Assembly: GCA_964534375.1 (NCBI GenBank)
Contig: CAZHPN010000172.1
Coordinates: forward strand, 1-12,684
DNA: 12,684 nt
DNA from: an uncultured bacterium
Lineage (GTDB): Bacteria; Lernaellota; Lernaellaia; Lernaellales; Lernaellaceae
Direction: 5' to 3'
Shown here piece by piece: positions 1 to 7,061 of this stretch. The translations under genes were made by a program, and so were the position numbers. The first letter of the stretch is position 1, and every line of letters starts with the position of its first letter. The notes under the pieces are model-generated. The model had not been told where the DNA came from. It worked only from the letters and a program-made list of their open reading frames with translations, and ran no database searches.

Positions 1-2
1 AT

Positions 3-377
3 CGGCTGTTCGCCGCGGCCGGCGAGAAATACGAGCGGGCGTTGCGTGTCAAGCCTGACAAGCACGAGGCGCTCTACAATTGGGGCGCCGCCCTCGCCGC
101 TCAGGCCCAGACCAAAACGGGGGCCGAGGCCGATCGGCTGTTTGCCGCCGCAAACGATCGATACATTAAATGCGAAAGCATCCGACCTGGACACGCTGCA
201 TACAACCTGGCTTGTGTAGCGTCGCTATGCGGTCGCGAAGAGGACTGCGAGAAATGGCTGGAGGCTTCGAAAGCCGCGGGGGTTTTGCCGACTCGCGCGC
301 ATATCGAAAAGGACGCGGATCTTGACCCGGTGCGCCAAAGGGATTGGTTCAAGGATTTCGTCTCGAAGCTCGACTAG
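3..377 (+). CDS. TPR-repeat protein, C-terminal part (5' truncated by window edge)
   Basis: The frame is open from position 3 (RLFAAAGEKYERALRVKPDKHEALYNWGAALAAQAQTKTGAEADRLFAAA...). RLFAAA recurs after 132 nt (44 aa). The C-terminus YNLACVASLCG...DADLDPVRQRDWF resembles the common TPR end-of-array cap. Stop TAG at 375-377. Confidence 0.85.
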   Translation, partial: RLFAAAGEKYERALRVKPDKHEALYNWGAALAAQAQTKTGAEADRLFAAANDRYIKCESIRPGHAAYNLACVASLCGREEDCEKWLEASKAAGVLPTRAHIEKDADLDPVRQRDWFKDFVSKLD

Positions 378-426
378 TTCGGACTGCGCGCGGCTGCGCG
401 CCTTGCGGCGCGCTCATCGCGCGCGG

Positions 427-488
427 GCAACACAAAACGACCCGGCTTTCTCTGCTCGAATTCTGCGACCTCTGTGCCTCTGTGTTGC
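427..488. repeat. Short CTCTGTGY-type tandem repeat inside an 8-bp inverted pair
   Basis: ttctgcga/ctctgtgc/ctctgtgt at 461-485. gcaacaca (427-434) is the reverse complement of tgtgttgc (481-488). Lies between convergent genes. Confidence 0.55.
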
Positions 489-654
489 AAATTCAAGAAA
501 TCTTCGCACGGCGCGACGAAATTCGCGCTCCATGATACAGCTCGCGCAGATCGGCCGTGCGGATCGGCGGAGCCCGACGGACGGGGCGGGGCCGCATCGC
601 GCGACGCACTGGCCGGCAAAACCCCGGCTTTTCCGCCGCCGGCCGGCGCTTCCT

Positions 655-2364
655 TTACCCGTCTTGCAGTACAGCGTCGACCTTCGCCGGATGCGCGTCG
701 TCGGCCAGCGGCCGATACGCGCGATCCAAATGGCGTGAAATCAAGAATTCCGCGACGGCCGCGGTTGCCGCGGCGCCGCGCTGACGCTTTTCCCAACTCG
801 CCTGCGCCAGCAGCAACGCCGCCTGAAAGGCCTGCATCAGTTCTTCGACGTGCAGCCGGATCGCCCGGGCGCCGTAGCGCTCGTTCGCCACGCAGCGCGA
901 CAAGCCGCGATAGGTTTCCGCCCACGCGTCGCGGACGACAGCGGCCTGCGGCGCGAACTGCGCGTCCGCCGCGTCCAGCAGCGAGCGCAGGCGCCGATCG
1001 GCCGCCGCGAACAGCTCGTAGCGCGCCGCATCGTGCAGCACCTGCATGCACAGGACGTTGTGGCTGCCTTCCCAGCTTTCCAGCACGAGGCTGTCGCGCC
1101 ACAGCCGCGGCAACACCGAGAAACTTTCGATGGCGCCATTGCCGCCCAGGATTTCGATTCCGCGATGGATGGCGTCGGTGGCGATGATGCTGGCCCAGTA
1201 TTTGTTGGCGTTGACGAGCAGCCGGTGCAGCTTGCGGTCGTCCGCGTCGGCGGTTCCCAGGTCCTGCCGGTCGATCAACTCGGCAAGGTAAAACGTCGCG
1301 GCCAGCGCGCCGGCGTGCTCCGCCTTCATGATCGCCAGCGTCTCGCGCACCAGCGGGTAGGCGCCGATCGGCTGGCCGAACGCTTCGCGCGCCGCGGCGT
1401 AGGCCGTCGCTTCGAGGAAGGCGCGCCGCATCGCGGCCGTCGACCCGACGGCGTTCATGAAGCGCGAGGTGTTGAGCACGATGCCGACGGCGATCTTGAA
1501 GCCCTCGTCGAGCCGGCCGATGGGGTAGGCGACCGCGCCCTGGAAGTCGAGTTCCGCCGTCGCCAGCGTACGCGTGCCGATTTTTTCCTTGAGCCGGCGG
1601 ATGCTGAAGCCGTTGACGCCGCCGCTCGCGTCGTGGCGCGGAACCAAAAAACAACCGAGCCCCGCGGTGCCGGCCGCCGCGCCCACGGGCCGCGCCGTCA
1701 CCAGAAACAGCGCGGCGTCGGCCACCGAGCAAAACCATTTTTCGCCGTCGAGCAGCCACGTGCCCGGCTCGGCCGGATTCGGCCGCGCGGTCATGGCGTT
1801 CGCGCCGACGTCGCCGCCGCCCTGCACCTCGGTCAGGAACTGCGCGGCGTGCAGCCGGCTTTCGTAGACCGGGTCGAGCAGGCCCGGCAGCCAGCGCTTC
1901 TTCATTTCGTCCAAGCCTTTTTGTTGAATCGCCCGCACCAGCCCCGACGTGCACACGACCGGGCACGAATGTCCCATTTCGCCGGCGTGGCCGAGCAGAT
2001 ACGCCAGCGCGGCCTGCGCCCACGTCTGGCCCGGCTCGGCGAGCCGCGCGACCAGCCCCGCCTCGTAAACCCACTTGCCCAATTGATGGTAGAGCGCGTC
2101 GAATTCGATTTCTTCGACGCGGCGGCCGATGCCGTCGAAGCGCGCCAGCCGTGGGTGGCGCGGCCACTCGTCGTTTTTTCGCGCGGCGTCGTCGATCTTC
2201 GTCGCGGCCAGACCGCCGAATTCAACGAACGGCCGTTCGTCGAAGGGCCCGCCGCGCATTCGTTCGAGCAGGCGCTGCAACAAACCGTTGCCCGTATAGA
2301 AATTCGTCGGTTTCGCCGCTTCCCATTGCGCCAGCCGCGCGCGCCCTTCGTCAGTTTCGTTCAT
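655..2364 (-). CDS. Acyl-CoA dehydrogenase, AidB-like subfamily
   Basis: Motifs GHSCPVVCT, AQFLTEVQGGGDVG, LDGEKWFCS, IRRLKEKIGTRTLATAE, REAFGQPI, EILGGNGAIE and SWEGSHNV (putative catalytic Glu). ATG at 2364 is preceded by SD-like GGCAGGA, so it is preferred over the GTG at 2376. Confidence 0.9.
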   Translation of the reverse strand: MNETDEGRARLAQWEAAKPTNFYTGNGLLQRLLERMRGGPFDERPFVEFGGLAATKIDDAARKNDEWPRHPRLARFDGIGRRVEEIEFDALYHQLGKWVYEAGLVARLAEPGQTWAQAALAYLLGHAGEMGHSCPVVCTSGLVRAIQQKGLDEMKKRWLPGLLDPVYESRLHAAQFLTEVQGGGDVGANAMTARPNPAEPGTWLLDGEKWFCSVADAALFLVTARPVGAAAGTAGLGCFLVPRHDASGGVNGFSIRRLKEKIGTRTLATAELDFQGAVAYPIGRLDEGFKIAVGIVLNTSRFMNAVGSTAAMRRAFLEATAYAAAREAFGQPIGAYPLVRETLAIMKAEHAGALAATFYLAELIDRQDLGTADADDRKLHRLLVNANKYWASIIATDAIHRGIEILGGNGAIESFSVLPRLWRDSLVLESWEGSHNVLCMQVLHDAARYELFAAADRRLRSLLDAADAQFAPQAAVVRDAWAETYRGLSRCVANERYGARAIRLHVEELMQAFQAALLLAQASWEKRQRGAAATAAVAEFLISRHLDRAYRPLADDAHPAKVDAVLQDG

Positions 2365-2397
2365 GGTCCTGCCCACCGTTGGTTTTCGCTGCCCTTC

Positions 2398-2425
2398 AAC
2401 TTATCGCCTGATCCGGACAAGTCCA
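2398..2425 (-). promoter_or_regulatory. Possible sigma70-type promoter for the acyl-CoA dehydrogenase
   Basis: Minus strand reads TGGACT-N16-TAAGTT, ending about 33 nt upstream of the ATG. Weak match to consensus. Confidence 0.3.
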
Positions 2426-2503
2426 TTCAGAGCGCGATTTTTTGCCGGGGCGTTGGGCTGGGACATCTGTGACACAGACGCCGGGCGCTGCTCCGCGCGG
2501 GCC

Positions 2504-3418
2504 TCAGAGTTTCTCCGCCGCGAGGTGGCACAGGCCGGCGGCGATTTCTTCGGGCGCGAGGCCGCGAAAACGCGGCGGCAGCGGCAGTCCGCGCACGAAT
2601 GCCACGTCGGCCGGGTCGACCTGCGTCTCCAGAAAAACGGTGCGCAGGCCGGCCGCTTCGGCCAGGCGCCGCATGTCCGGCGCCCGCAGGCGGTTCAGGT
2701 AAAAAAAGCGGTTTTGGCCGAGGCGCCGCCAGGCGCGGTCGTCGAAACGCAGGAAATTCAGCCGCGGCAACGCCGGGTCGCCGTGCGCGAAATGGTCGGA
2801 CAAATCGATGATATGATAAACGAGGCCGCCCGGCGCAAGCAGCCGGGCCGTCTCGCGATGCAGCGCCGGCAAATCCGCCTCCGGAATGTGCTCGAGCACG
2901 CAGGTGGAATAGTACAAATCGAGTTCGCCGTCCGCGAGCGGCACGGCGGACGCCGAGGCCGGGGCGAGGATTTCCAGCCGGCCCGCGGCGAGCAGCCCGG
3001 CGAGGTCGCGGGCGTCGTGCAGGGCCCGCCAGCGCGCGCGCAGGTCGTCGGCGGGCGCGCCGGTCGCCGCGGCGATCTCGGGCAGGCGCGGCTCGGTCTG
3101 CGCCAGCACCTGCCGGAAGCCGGCGTACGTGAGATAGGGCCGGATGTCGAGCAAAATGACGCGTCGGGCGCCCAGCAGCGAGAGCAGCACGCCGTACACC
3201 GGATTCCACCCCGCGCCGATCTCCAACGTGACGCGGCCCGTCGGCGAAAAGCCGCGCATTTCGGCGAGCCGGCGCAGCATCTTCAGCGCCGGCGTCAGGT
3301 GCAGCGAAATGTCGACGGCCAGCGCGGCGGCGCGCGTCCGGCGCCGGCGGTCGAGCGCCTCGCCGAAGGGCGCGGCGGCCAGCAGGCGGAAGAGCGCGGA
3401 TTTGAGTCGCCAATTCAT
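2504..3418 (-). CDS. Class I SAM-dependent methyltransferase
   Basis: Motif I TLEIGAGWNP, acidic ILLDI, post-II DLYYSTCVLEHI and motif III RLLAPGG, followed by HIIDLSDH. Confidence 0.85.
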   Translation of the reverse strand: MNWRLKSALFRLLAAAPFGEALDRRRRTRAAALAVDISLHLTPALKMLRRLAEMRGFSPTGRVTLEIGAGWNPVYGVLLSLLGARRVILLDIRPYLTYAGFRQVLAQTEPRLPEIAAATGAPADDLRARWRALHDARDLAGLLAAGRLEILAPASASAVPLADGELDLYYSTCVLEHIPEADLPALHRETARLLAPGGLVYHIIDLSDHFAHGDPALPRLNFLRFDDRAWRRLGQNRFFYLNRLRAPDMRRLAEAAGLRTVFLETQVDPADVAFVRGLPLPPRFRGLAPEEIAAGLCHLAAEKL

Positions 3419-3425
3419 CGCGCCG

Positions 3426-3848
3426 CTATTCGCCGAGGTACGAGCCGGCCGCCAGGTGGACGCCGGCGACGCGTTCGATGTCGCCCACGCGCACCGTCAG
3501 GCCGTAGCGAATCTTATGAATCGGCGCGCCTTCGTAGTTGTCGAGGGTTTCCAGTTCCTGATCCGTCAGGCCCAGCAGCACGAAGCCAAGGGTCGTCGCG
3601 CCTTCCTGCTCGGCCAGCGTGTAGACCCATTGGCCGCCGGCGCGGTGCGCGCGGCGCGCGTAATTGGGCAGCGCGGCCGGCGCGAACGGCGCATAGCGGC
3701 CGATTTGCTCGCGCACGCGGTCGGGCTCGACCAGTTCGTCCCACACGAAGAGCAGGCGGTGGATGAATAAGTCGTCGAGTTGGACGGCGGCGGCCGGTGG
3801 GCCGAAGATGGTGACGCCTTGAGCGGGAAAGAATCGCGCCGAAAACAT
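3426..3848 (-). CDS. Gamma-glutamylcyclotransferase (GGCT/AIG2-like) fold protein, divergent
   Basis: LLFVWDEL sits where the family has LFVYGTL. GFVLLGLTDQELETLDNYEG matches the LDxxEG motif. SD AAGGA upstream of the ATG. Packed between the GNAT and methyltransferase genes. Confidence 0.7.
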   Translation of the reverse strand: MFSARFFPAQGVTIFGPPAAAVQLDDLFIHRLLFVWDELVEPDRVREQIGRYAPFAPAALPNYARRAHRAGGQWVYTLAEQEGATTLGFVLLGLTDQELETLDNYEGAPIHKIRYGLTVRVGDIERVAGVHLAAGSYLGE

Positions 3849-3876
3849 CGAGGCTTCCTTCGCGAGCGGCCGCCGG

Positions 3877-4353
3877 TCACAGTTCCTTGAACATCGCCAA
3901 GCGCTGCACCTCGAAGCCCATCGCGCGCCAGAAGCGCAGCGAGCCGACGTTCTTCGGGATGACGTTGACGTAGATTTCCATCGCGCCGTGATGCCCGAGC
4001 CAGCCGATCGCTTTGCCGGCCATCTCGCGGCCGATGCCCTGGCGACGATATTCCTCGGCGACCATCAGATTTTCCAGCACCCCGATCACCGATTGCGCAA
4101 ACGTTTTGGCCGGCATCGTCAGGTAGCCGTTCGAGAACGAAATGATGCGCCCGGCCGTTTCGGCGACGATGACGTAGGCATCCGCGCGCCGCACGTATTC
4201 GGTGAAGATCGCGCGCTGCTGATCTTCGGCGTTGACCCGCAGCCGATAACGCGGATTGACCTCGGCCGTCAGGTCCATCAGTTCTTTCCAGAGAGCGACC
4301 ACCGCGTCGAGGTCGTTCCGTTGCGCCAGTCGAATGCGGTATTTCGTTTCCAT
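3877..4353 (-). CDS. GNAT family N-acetyltransferase
   Basis: N-terminal IRLAQRNDLDAVVAL, acetyl-CoA motif A LMVAEEYRRQGIG, and motif B NVGSLRFWRAMGF. 158 aa. Confidence 0.92.
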   Translation of the reverse strand: METKYRIRLAQRNDLDAVVALWKELMDLTAEVNPRYRLRVNAEDQQRAIFTEYVRRADAYVIVAETAGRIISFSNGYLTMPAKTFAQSVIGVLENLMVAEEYRRQGIGREMAGKAIGWLGHHGAMEIYVNVIPKNVGSLRFWRAMGFEVQRLAMFKEL

Positions 4354-4483
4354 CGGCGCTAATTAGCATTTTGCCCGCGTCCGCGGCAAGCCCGGTCGGC
4401 CGGCGGGGCGGCGGAATCAGTTTCCGCGCCAGGCGCGAAGATTTTTCGGCTGGAACCGCAGCGCGGCAAAGGCACGGCCAAAT

Positions 4484-4518
4484 CTCGGATGGCGGAATGC
4501 GGATGGCGGATCGGCGGC
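4484..4518. repeat. Heptamer tandem array, family D (NGCGGAW / TCCGCAW)
   Basis: ctcggat ggcggaa tgcggat ggcggat cggcggc. Reverse-complement relative of the array at 11444-11471. Confidence 0.7.
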
Positions 4519-4520
4519 GT

Positions 4521-4549
4521 GCAAAAAGTCTTTGCGCGGCGCAAAAAAA
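4521..4549 (-). terminator. Possible intrinsic terminator downstream of the hypothetical gene
   Basis: Inverted repeat tttgcgc-g-gcgcaaa (4531-4545). On the minus strand it is followed by gac-TTTTT. The stem is short. Confidence 0.3.
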
Positions 4550-4562
4550 CCTGCGGGGCCGC

Positions 4563-5111
4563 TCAGATTTCGCCGTAGGTGATCAGAAGATTGCGGCAGC
4601 GGGCGAGCATGGCGCGCACATTTTCCTCCAGCGCCTGCAGCGTGGCGGAGTCTTCGGCGCTGTTTTGACCGCCGTTGCCGCCCATGTCCCGCAACATCGA
4701 CCAATTGGCGAACAGCGCCTTGCGCAACGACCGCAATTCCTGCATTTCGATGGTGATCGCCCAAACGTAGGTGTCGAGCACGTAATCGGCGGCGGCGAGC
4801 GTGTAATCGACGCGCGGCGCCAATTCTTCGACGCCGCGCAGCCATTTGCGCAGGCATTGGATATCGCAGCTCGGCGCGTCGTAAAGCTGCGCCAGATAAA
4901 GCGCATGGTCGGTCGCCGTGCGCAGGAGTTGGCGATCGTTGGGCGACGGCGACCCGCGGGCGATGACCGCGTCGATCGCCTCGCGCACCGAATTCATTTC
5001 CGGCTGCGCGGCGGGGGGGCCGGCGGCGCCGAAATCGGCGAGCCAGTCGCGGAAATAGCGGGCCGCCGCCCACAAACCGTTTTCGTGGGCAATGACTTCT
5101 TGAATTTCCAC
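4563..5111 (-). CDS. Hypothetical protein, about 182 aa, probably all-alpha
   Basis: Protein-like composition and GC3-biased codons. GTG at 5111 is preceded by SD GAGGG (5120-5116) and a good promoter, so it is preferred over the track start at 5186. No family recognised. Confidence 0.75.
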   Translation of the reverse strand: MEIQEVIAHENGLWAAARYFRDWLADFGAAGPPAAQPEMNSVREAIDAVIARGSPSPNDRQLLRTATDHALYLAQLYDAPSCDIQCLRKWLRGVEELAPRVDYTLAAADYVLDTYVWAITIEMQELRSLRKALFANWSMLRDMGGNGGQNSAEDSATLQALEENVRAMLARCRNLLITYGEI

Positions 5112-5165
5112 GGGACCCTCGCTGGCGCTGTGTTGCCGATTCGACGTGCGATTTTCGCGCCACGT

Positions 5166-5193
5166 ATTATAAGAGCCAAGTCGCAAAACGCAA
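5166..5193 (-). promoter_or_regulatory. Sigma70-type promoter for the hypothetical gene
   Basis: Minus strand reads TTGCGT (5193-5188)-N16-TATAAT (5171-5166). A perfect -10 box in a GC-rich background. Confidence 0.65.
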
Positions 5194-5261
5194 TCTAACC
5201 AGAGCCGGAATCTCCGGCGAATAGATTTTTGGTTCTTTTGACACGATGGCCGGGGTTTGAC

Positions 5262-5300
5262 GGATTTACAGGATTTGTTTAGCGCTCATCCTGTTCATCC
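5262..5300. repeat. Inverted 9-mer-type repeat (CAGGATWWA family) spanning the rsmE stop; possible hairpin
   Basis: ggatttacaggat (5262-5274) versus atcctgttcatcc (5288-5300): 11 of 13 positions complementary, 13-nt loop. Confidence 0.65.
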
Positions 5301-6043
5301 GGTTCTGAAAGGACAAAACTGCTTGCCTCGAGCGACGCCTGCGCGACAGCCAGGGCGGCCAGCGCGGCGGTTTCGGCGCGCAAGACGCGCGGCCCGAGGT
5401 GGGCGGCGGCCCAGCCGCGCTCGACCAGCCAGGCGAGTTCGGCGTCGGTCAGCCCGCCTTCCGGGCCGCTGAGCAGGCACAACGACTTCCCGGCGTTCGC
5501 CGCCAGAACTTCTGGCAACGACTCGCTGGCCCCGGGATCGAAGGCCACGCGCACTTCATATGCCGCGGCCCGTTCGGCCGCCGCGGCCAGCGTCGGCGCG
5601 AAATGCACCCGCGGGGCGTCGGCCCGGCCGCACTGGGCGCAGGCGCCGGCGATCGTCGCCGTGAGGCGCGCGAGTTTGCGTTCGACCTGTTCCGGGCCCC
5701 AGCGCACGACCGAGCGTTCCGCCGCGAAGACGACGATTTCCGCGGCGCCGAGTTCGCAGGCTTTTTCGGCGATCCATTCGGGCTTGTCGCCCTTGCTGAG
5801 CGCGAAAATCAAGGCGACCGGCGGGCCGGCGCGGCGCCGCACGGCGTAGGGCGCGTCGACGGCGAGCGTCACCGCCCGCCGGTTGACGTCGAGCACGACG
5901 GCGGCGGCCTCGCAGCCCGCGCCGTCGAAAAGGACGAGGCGGTCGCCAGCGCGCATGCGGCGGACGTGCGCCAAGTGGTGCGCGGCCGGCCCGGTCAGCG
6001 CCAGCCGGCCGGCGGCCAGATGCTCGACCAGGCAACGGGTCAC
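5279..6043 (-). CDS. rsmE: 16S rRNA m3U1498 methyltransferase RsmE
   Basis: HHLAHVRRMRAGDRLVLFDG, EKACELG, ACAQCGR, SGPEGGLT and LGPRVLRAETA (SPOUT fold). The GTG start (6043-6041) overlaps the prmA TGA stop (GTGA). Confidence 0.95.
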   Translation of the reverse strand: MTRCLVEHLAAGRLALTGPAAHHLAHVRRMRAGDRLVLFDGAGCEAAAVVLDVNRRAVTLAVDAPYAVRRRAGPPVALIFALSKGDKPEWIAEKACELGAAEIVVFAAERSVVRWGPEQVERKLARLTATIAGACAQCGRADAPRVHFAPTLAAAAERAAAYEVRVAFDPGASESLPEVLAANAGKSLCLLSGPEGGLTDAELAWLVERGWAAAHLGPRVLRAETAALAALAVAQASLEASSFVLSEPDEQDER

Positions 6044-6930
6044 GCGTGTTCGAGTTCCAGCAGAATCCATTCGTCCTGTTCTTCCTCGCGCGCCAGCGAC
6101 ATGCCGCGCTCGTCGTAGGCGGCGATCATTTCGCGGCGCGATTCGGCGAGCACGCCGGTGAGCGCGAGCCGGCCGCCGGGTTTGGTGCGGCGGGTCAGAT
6201 CGCCCGCCATTTCGAGCAACGTCGGCGCGGTAATGTTGGCCGCGACCAGATCGAACTCGCCGCGAATCTGGTGCAGCGGCCGATGGGTGAATTCGGCGGC
6301 GGCCTCCAGGCCGTTGAGCGCGGCGTTTTCCCGCGCGGCGGCGACGGCGGCTGGGTCGATATCCACCCCCACCGCCCGTGCCGCGCCGGACAGCAGCGCG
6401 GCGAGCGCGAGGATGCCGGTGCCCGTGCCGACGTCGAGCACGGCGCCGCCCGGGTGCGCCAAGCACCAGCGTTCGACGCTGCGCGCGGCCAATTGCGTCG
6501 TGGCGTGCGTGCCGAAGCCGAAGGCCATTTTCGGCTCGATGATCAGGCGGCGCATGCCGGCCGGCGGCGGCGCGGGGTCCCACGACGGCTGCACGGCCAG
6601 CCGTTCGGTGAGCGCGGTTTGTTTGAAGTATTTCATCCACGACACGGCCCAGTCGTCGTTCGGGCGCTCGTCGATGCGCACGGTCGCGGCGCGCGCGGCC
6701 GGGTCGATTTTCGCCAGTTCCACGAGGTAATCGCGCGTCGTTTTGGCGTAGCGCTCGATCGCGGGCCGGTCGTCGCCGTAGGTCAGCAGGCGCACGCCGG
6801 TCGCCGACGCATGCTCCTCGAGGCCCTGCAAGCCGACGTCGAACAGCCGGCTGGCGATGGCGTCAGCCAGGTCCGCCGGCGTTTCGATCACCAGCACATA
6901 GAGGGTTTCACGAGGTTTGGCGGTTTTCAT
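6040..6930 (-). CDS. prmA: 50S ribosomal protein L11 methyltransferase PrmA
   Basis: DWAVSWMKYF, IEPKMAFGFGTHATT, VLDVGTGTGILA, GVDIDPAAV, ENAALN, FDLVAANI. The prmA-rsmE adjacency is typical. Confidence 0.95.
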   Translation of the reverse strand: MKTAKPRETLYVLVIETPADLADAIASRLFDVGLQGLEEHASATGVRLLTYGDDRPAIERYAKTTRDYLVELAKIDPAARAATVRIDERPNDDWAVSWMKYFKQTALTERLAVQPSWDPAPPPAGMRRLIIEPKMAFGFGTHATTQLAARSVERWCLAHPGGAVLDVGTGTGILALAALLSGAARAVGVDIDPAAVAAARENAALNGLEAAAEFTHRPLHQIRGEFDLVAANITAPTLLEMAGDLTRRTKPGGRLALTGVLAESRREMIAAYDERGMSLAREEEQDEWILLELEHA

Positions 6931-6944
6931 CAGCTAGCAACCCG

Positions 6945-6972
6945 CGGGATTCGGGGTTCGGGGTTCGGGGCG
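6945..6972. repeat. Heptamer tandem array, family A (CGGGRTT / CCCGAAY)
   Basis: cgggatt cggggtt cggggtt cggggcg, immediately upstream of prmA. Confidence 0.8.
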
Positions 6973-6992
6973 TTGGGGCGGATTCGGAAGTC

Positions 6993-7039
6993 ATAGGACC
7001 CATGGGACCTATAGAACCTATAGGACCTATAAGACCTAT
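6993..7039. repeat. Nonamer tandem array, family B (ATAGGACCT x5)
   Basis: ataggaccc atgggacct atagaacct ataggacct ataagacct at. Confidence 0.9.
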
Positions 7040-7061
7040 TTGCCCTAATTCGCCCATCGTG

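Noticed and set aside
489..654. Structured ncRNA or tRNA in the GC-rich convergent spacer
   Set aside because: Only short GC stems were found (e.g. gcgcga/tcgcgc, 511-528), as expected at this GC content. No cloverleaf or known motif.
374..3766. Long alternative ORFs 374..2167 (-), 474..1187 (+), 850..2472 (+), 2363..3766 (+), 2427..3413 (-)
   Set aside because: Shadow frames of GC-rich genes. They are Arg/Ala/Gly/Pro-rich, have no motifs, and overlap well-supported CDSs.
5279..6640. 453-aa ORF as an N-terminally extended or fused RsmE
   Set aside because: The first 199 codons are an off-frame reading of prmA. RsmE similarity starts at the GTG at 6043, which overlaps the prmA stop.
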